Assembly: GCA_964575025.1 (NCBI GenBank)
Contig: CAZNPV010000008.1
Coordinates: 11,727 to 75,726, forward strand
From: an uncultured Mariniphaga sp.
Lineage (GTDB): Bacteria; Bacteroidota; Bacteroidia; Bacteroidales; Prolixibacteraceae
Length of the DNA stretch: 64,000 nucleotides
Direction: 5' to 3'
Part shown: in pieces, positions 59,725 to 64,000 of the stretch
Numbering within the stretch: the first letter of the stretch is position 1
Layout of the letters: the number at the start of each line of letters is the position of its first letter
Position numbers and translations under genes: made by a program
Notes under the pieces: generated by a model
The model's input: only the letters and a program-made list of their open reading frames with translations
The model's database searches: none
Told to the model about the DNA's origin: nothing

Positions 59725-61659
59725 ATGTATCAAAAACGGATCGTATTTTTGGCTTTAACTTTATGGCTTTCTTTACAGAGTCTGGCTCATGTAAGCCTGA
59801 AAGATACTGTAATCCGACTGGACGATATTGAGATTAAAACCTCCCGGCTGAATAATTTCGGGCTTGGCATTGCTGTGGACCGTGTGGACAGCCGTTTGCT
59901 CCGCATGAACAGCACCCTTTCCTTATCGGGATTGTTCTTCTCGCATTCAGGGATCTCTATGAAACAATATGGCCCGGGTGGATTGTCAACCCTGTCCATC
60001 AGGGGCGGAAACGCTGCCCACACAGCGGTTCTCTGGAACGGCATCAATATTCAAAGCCCCATGAACGGGATGTCCAACCTTTCGGTATTCCCTTCTTTTC
60101 TTATTGACAACATATCGGTCCAAAGAGGGGGGTCGGGTTCGCTCTATGGAAGCGGGGCTGTTGGAGGTGTCATCCATATTTCCGACATAGGAAGATTTCA
60201 TCAGCAGAACAACGTTACATGCATGGCCGGTTACGGAAGTTTTAATAAACAGGATTACATTTTTTCTGCGAAAACAGGAGACAACACCTACGCTTTCACG
60301 ATGAAATTCTATATACAGTCGACAGACAACGACTTTGCATACAGGAATACTACCCGGATTGGGAATCCCATGGAAAAGCAAACCAATGCAGGAATGCGAA
60401 GCTATGGATTCATACCCGGCCTTCAGGTACGAACGTCAAAAAAATCGATTTTAAGCATCAGCACGTTGTATCAAAAGTTCAGCAAAGATATCCAGACAAT
60501 GATGACCAACATCCTCCCAAACCAGGACAACCAGGCAGATGTGAACCTCATCCTAACGGCAAACTGGAAATATGTAGACTCAAAATACACCTTTCTTGTA
60601 AAAAGCGGTGTGGTCAGAAACAGAATTGTTTTAACAGATAAAAGCCTGCCAAACCCGGAAGATGAACCTATCGCTGACAATACCGGAAACTCCATGATCA
60701 ATGAAGTGGAAAGCCGATTTGTTATTCAGGAGGGACACATACTGAATATCGGACTCAATTTCACACACGAATCAGGAGAATCAATGGGCTACCTTAATAA
60801 GGCTATCCGCGACAGGATGGCAATTTTCTCCTCATGGAAAATATTGAATATTATTTCCGGGCTGGAGACCGTTCTCAGTTTCCGGCAAGAGTATGAAAAA
60901 CATAGCAACCACCCGGTGACATACTCTTTGGGAACGGATTATCACCTGACCGATCACATCCTGATCAAAGGGAATATCTCGAAGAACTACAGAATCCCTT
61001 CTTTTAATGATTTGTACTGGAAACCCGATACCTATGCACGGGGCAATCCATCTCTCAATCCGGAATCCGGATATTCAGCTGAAATAGGATCCGTTCAGGT
61101 GTTGGAAACAGAAACCGGGGAGATGGAATTTTCCCAGACCCTGTATAAAAATACCATGAATGACCTGATCCTCTGGCTTCCCGACAACAAAGGAATCTGG
61201 TACCCGGAGAACAAAGAAAAAGCTGAAACCAGCGGGCTGGAATTAAAAGGAAAAGGAGAATGGCAATTCAAAAAAGTTAAATTTGATGTGACTGCTTTCT
61301 ATACCCTGATTCATTCAACCCTTACGAGTTCAGACGCGTACAACAACAAACCTGTGATTTATGTTCCCAGACACAAAGCAATGGCTTCCGTTGCCTGTCA
61401 CTATAAGGACCTGTCCGTAGATTTTACCTTTAACCATAACAGCAAACGGTATTACGACCATTCACATACCCTCCCGGAATACAGCATAGGAGACCTGACG
61501 GTTCAATACAAGTTTCCAGTAAAAGGGAACCGGCTCAATGCTTCCTTCCGGATAGGTAACCTATGGAACACGGAATACCAAACCATCGCATGGTACGCGA
61601 TGCCATTGCGTAGTTACCAGCTGGCATTGAAAATACAAATCAACACAAAATACCCATAA
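59725..61659 (+). CDS. btuB: TonB-dependent receptor, BtuB-like corrinoid transporter
   Basis: 644 aa. Signal peptide, plug domain (LSIRGGNAAHTAVLWNGINIQSP), beta-barrel. Controlled by the B12 riboswitch. Confidence 0.85.
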   Translation: MYQKRIVFLALTLWLSLQSLAHVSLKDTVIRLDDIEIKTSRLNNFGLGIAVDRVDSRLLRMNSTLSLSGLFFSHSGISMKQYGPGGLSTLSIRGGNAAHTAVLWNGINIQSPMNGMSNLSVFPSFLIDNISVQRGGSGSLYGSGAVGGVIHISDIGRFHQQNNVTCMAGYGSFNKQDYIFSAKTGDNTYAFTMKFYIQSTDNDFAYRNTTRIGNPMEKQTNAGMRSYGFIPGLQVRTSKKSILSISTLYQKFSKDIQTMMTNILPNQDNQADVNLILTANWKYVDSKYTFLVKSGVVRNRIVLTDKSLPNPEDEPIADNTGNSMINEVESRFVIQEGHILNIGLNFTHESGESMGYLNKAIRDRMAIFSSWKILNIISGLETVLSFRQEYEKHSNHPVTYSLGTDYHLTDHILIKGNISKNYRIPSFNDLYWKPDTYARGNPSLNPESGYSAEIGSVQVLETETGEMEFSQTLYKNTMNDLILWLPDNKGIWYPENKEKAETSGLELKGKGEWQFKKVKFDVTAFYTLIHSTLTSSDAYNNKPVIYVPRHKAMASVACHYKDLSVDFTFNHNSKRYYDHSHTLPEYSIGDLTVQYKFPVKGNRLNASFRIGNLWNTEYQTIAWYAMPLRSYQLALKIQINTKYP

Positions 61660-61711
61660 TTTAATTTCAACGGACTGGTAAAGATTCTGTTACCCTAAAT
61701 TACGAATTACA

Positions 61712-62782
61712 ATGAAACATCTATTCTTCTTTGCAGCAACCCTCCTGTTCCTAACGGTGTTTTTATCCTGTGACAATACAGATGGGAATGAAGATCCGCC
61801 AGGGAAATACGAGCACGGAGGATTTGTGGTTAATGAAGGCACCTTTGGAAGTGGCAATGCTTCGGTTAGTTTTATAGATTTTGATAACGACACCATCCAT
61901 AATGAAATCTTTTATGCTGAGAATCAACGTCCGGTAGGAGATGTACTTCAGTCCGTTTATATTCACAATGACATCGCCTACCTGGTGGTCAATGAGTCGG
62001 ATAAAGTTGAGGTAGCTTCTGTTTCAGATTTCCGGGAAGAAACTACGGTAACAGGACTGGATGGTCCGCGATACATGACGGCTTCAGGAGACAAAGGATA
62101 CATTTCCCAGTGGGGAGAAGGGGGTTCAGTTGCCGTAGTTGATCTTGCCACCCATCAGGTGATAAAAACCATCCCTGCAGGGACCGGTCCTGAAGGCATT
62201 CTAACCATAGGCCACACGGTATGGGTTGCCAACGGTGGAGGATGGACTGTGGATTCCACCCTGATGATCATTGATACAGCAACCGATGAAGTGATCGATA
62301 CCCTTTCAGTAGGATACAATCCAAAAGAAATGGTAACAGACAGCCGGGGGGATGTATGGGTATTATGTTACGGACACATTGTGTACAATGCAGATTGGTC
62401 GGTAGCTGCTGAATTTGGATCCAAACTGGTAAAAATCTCAGCGGAAGACCTGTTGCCTGTACAAGAAATACCCATCGGAAAATCACTGCATCCGCAACAT
62501 CTTGACATCGACAAACCGCAGCATACCTTGTATGTGGGCGGAGGTTTTGGATTTAACGGAATTTATAAAATACACACCAGCGTAACGTCCTTTCCTGCAT
62601 CTCCCATAGTAAACGGATTCTTCTACGGATTTAATGTCCATACAGCCAATCGTGAAATTTTTGCCTGTGAAGCACCCGATTTTACCAAACCGGGAAAGAT
62701 CCATGTTTTCTCAGAGGACGGGATAAAAATTACAGAATACACCGCAGGAATCGGCCCCAATGCCGTTGTTTTTACATTTTAA
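61712..62782 (+). CDS. Surface lipoprotein, YncE/DUF5074-like beta-propeller (candidate corrinoid-binding accessory protein)
   Basis: 356 aa. Lipobox ...FLSC, then NEGTFGSGNASVSFID, which is typical of DUF5074-type propellers. Lies downstream of btuB. Confidence 0.6.
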   Translation: MKHLFFFAATLLFLTVFLSCDNTDGNEDPPGKYEHGGFVVNEGTFGSGNASVSFIDFDNDTIHNEIFYAENQRPVGDVLQSVYIHNDIAYLVVNESDKVEVASVSDFREETTVTGLDGPRYMTASGDKGYISQWGEGGSVAVVDLATHQVIKTIPAGTGPEGILTIGHTVWVANGGGWTVDSTLMIIDTATDEVIDTLSVGYNPKEMVTDSRGDVWVLCYGHIVYNADWSVAAEFGSKLVKISAEDLLPVQEIPIGKSLHPQHLDIDKPQHTLYVGGGFGFNGIYKIHTSVTSFPASPIVNGFFYGFNVHTANREIFACEAPDFTKPGKIHVFSEDGIKITEYTAGIGPNAVVFTF

Positions 62783-62795
62783 GGATAGTACGTAA

Positions 62796-62879
62796 GGTTG
62801 AGGTTGAGGTTGAGGTTGAGGTTGAGGTTGAGGTTGAGGTTAAGGTTGAGGTTGAGGCTGAGGTTGAGGCTGAGGTTCC
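62796..62879. repeat. About 14 tandem hexamers GGTTGA (variants GGCTGA, GGTTAA)
   Basis: Read directly from the sequence. On the minus strand it encodes (PQ)n. The GGTTAA unit at 62838-62843 supplies the stop codon of the kinase gene. Confidence 0.95.
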
Positions 62880-64000
62880 ATTTCTTCTTTTATGAGATCT
62901 GGTGTCGGAAGGGTGAAAAAAAACAGACTTCCTTCACCCCTGATGCCTTTGCTTTCGACTCCTACATCCCCGTTCAGTATGTCTATGATCCGTTTAACAA
63001 TCGATAATCCCAGTCCATATCCTTTTTCATGGTGGTTGTCTAACCGGGTAAACTGATTATACAAAAGAGGCTGATCTTCCGGTTTGATACCATCTCCGTT
63101 GTCTTTTATCCGGAACCGTATTTTCCCATTTGGGAGGACATCATACCCCACCTCAATCTCAGGAGGATTCCCCCCATATTTAATTCCATTGCTGAGGTAA
63201 TTGTACCATACCTCCTCGATCCAGGCTGCATACCCCACACTTTCAGGCCAGGTTTCAGGATATTTCACACGAACATGCCGGGTTTTAATCATATATTCCA
63301 AACGATGAAGGACATCAGAAAAGATCGATTGCATATCCAGTAGGGAAGTTTGTATATTTTTTTTCCGAACGCTGGCAAGAAGAAGCAATTCATCGATGAT
63401 ATGAATCGACCGGTCTGCCGAAATCTGTATCATTCCAATTAACTCTTCCAATAGCTTCATATCCTTCTTCTCAAGGCCTTCCGTAAACAAATCAATAGAG
63501 CTTATCATTGTACTCAACGGGTTTTTTAAATCGTGTGCAACGGTATGGGAAAATGCATCCAGGTCTTCGATCAGTTTTTCTTTCTTTTCAATCTCCTTCA
63601 CTAAATTTTTGTTTGATCTCAGAAGCGATGCCTGTACTTTTTTTAATTCGGTAATATCACGAAAAATCAGCAAGTGACCGGAATTAATCTTGTATTGATT
63701 TGTAACCGGAGTAATGATCACGTCATAAACGGTTTTGGTCTGTCCCGGCATGGTAACCTCCATCCTTTTTTCTTTATAGGGATCCAAGGAATCGGACAGT
63801 TCCGGAAAATTCCTGAAACCAGCATGAAAAGTATTGTTCGTGAAGGAGCCTTCGAAATTTCCGATAAGCTTCTCAGCTGCTTTGTTATAGTCTTTAATGA
63901 TTCCCTGGGAATCAACCACCACGATGCAATCGTTTATGATATCGATTAATTTATTACGGGCCACAGGTACCAGCCTGAACATTCGGAATTGCCTTATCCC
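62840..64000 (-). CDS. PAS-domain sensor histidine kinase with C-terminal PQ-repeat tail (5' end outside the window)
   Basis: H-box FSHTVAHDLKNPL, N/G boxes (YLSNGIKYGG, DNGDGI, GYGLGLSIVK). The reading frame stays open upstream of the Met at 63982 through position 64000. Confidence 0.85.
   Translation of the reverse strand, partial: GIRQFRMFRLVPVARNKLIDIINDCIVVVDSQGIIKDYNKAAEKLIGNFEGSFTNNTFHAGFRNFPELSDSLDPYKEKRMEVTMPGQTKTVYDVIITPVTNQYKINSGHLLIFRDITELKKVQASLLRSNKNLVKEIEKKEKLIEDLDAFSHTVAHDLKNPLSTMISSIDLFTEGLEKKDMKLLEELIGMIQISADRSIHIIDELLLLASVRKKNIQTSLLDMQSIFSDVLHRLEYMIKTRHVRVKYPETWPESVGYAAWIEEVWYNYLSNGIKYGGNPPEIEVGYDVLPNGKIRFRIKDNGDGIKPEDQPLLYNQFTRLDNHHEKGYGLGLSIVKRIIDILNGDVGVESKGIRGEGSLFFFTLPTPDLIKEEMEPQPQPQPQPQP

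Noticed and set aside
62796-62879. Possible CRISPR array (this locus and 23867-23908)
   Set aside because: The units are 6-7 nt and contiguous, with no spacers. There are no cas genes in the window. These are microsatellites.
62798-63007. ORF translating as MRLRLRLRL...
   Set aside because: It is an artefact of reading the GGTTGA microsatellite on the + strand, and it overlaps the 3' end of the histidine kinase.

Overview
This 64-kb window looks like a gene-dense chromosomal segment from an anaerobic Bacteroidota (Bacteroidia/Marinilabiliales-like) genome. The lineage call rests on several things. There is a T9SS C-terminal sorting domain remnant. TAnnTTTG-type -7 promoter boxes are present. 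Almost no gene has a Shine-Dalgarno sequence. Carboxypeptidase-regulatory-like domains occur, as does a GT3-type glycogen synthase and a B12 riboswitch-btuB locus. I saw no rRNA or tRNA genes, CRISPR arrays, integrases or transposases. Housekeeping genes are nhaC, a GPH sugar symporter, ligA, dapA, yebC, iorAB, yjbQ, a dnaE2-like polymerase, a GH3 enzyme and glycogen synthase. Two regions stand out. (1) 50032-56140 is a six-gene locus. It holds three paralogous ~190-aa secreted proteins, a 165-aa secreted protein, a two-domain Ig-like periplasmic protein and a 906-aa protein laid out as Ig-Ig / beta-barrel-like core / two C-terminal beta-sandwiches. Its organisation mirrors chaperone-usher (Csu/SCPU-like) operons, and by sequence pattern it also recalls WxL/DUF916 surface clusters. 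It carries no canonical pilus motifs, so I treat it as a candidate undescribed surface-fibre or adhesin assembly system. (2) 7837-22892 is a 15-kb, single-strand, tightly packed cluster lying divergent to rex. It combines four PQQ/BamB-like beta-propeller paralogs with an anchored NHL-like propeller. It also has a Tat NapG-like ferredoxin, a NapH/NosR-like membrane polyferredoxin and a 68-aa Cys-motif protein. The remaining genes are a NuoE-NuoF fusion flavoprotein, a GltD-like protein lacking its NADPH domain, a GT4 and a MacB-type ABC ATPase. This could be a haem-free NADH-to-periplasm electron conduit with an unknown substrate. Smaller oddities: a 728-aa KamA-type radical SAM enzyme paired with an isoprenoid-synthase-like protein; an AmgK-like kinase fused to a RapZ C-domain; a divergent thymidylate-synthase-like gene; a roughly 84-nt repeat family, one copy of which splits iorA from iorB; hexamer and heptamer microsatellites, one of which encodes a PQ-repeat tail ended by a stop codon inside the repeat; and a 5'-truncated T9SS cargo gene. 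All functional calls come from motif recognition by eye. No database search was run.
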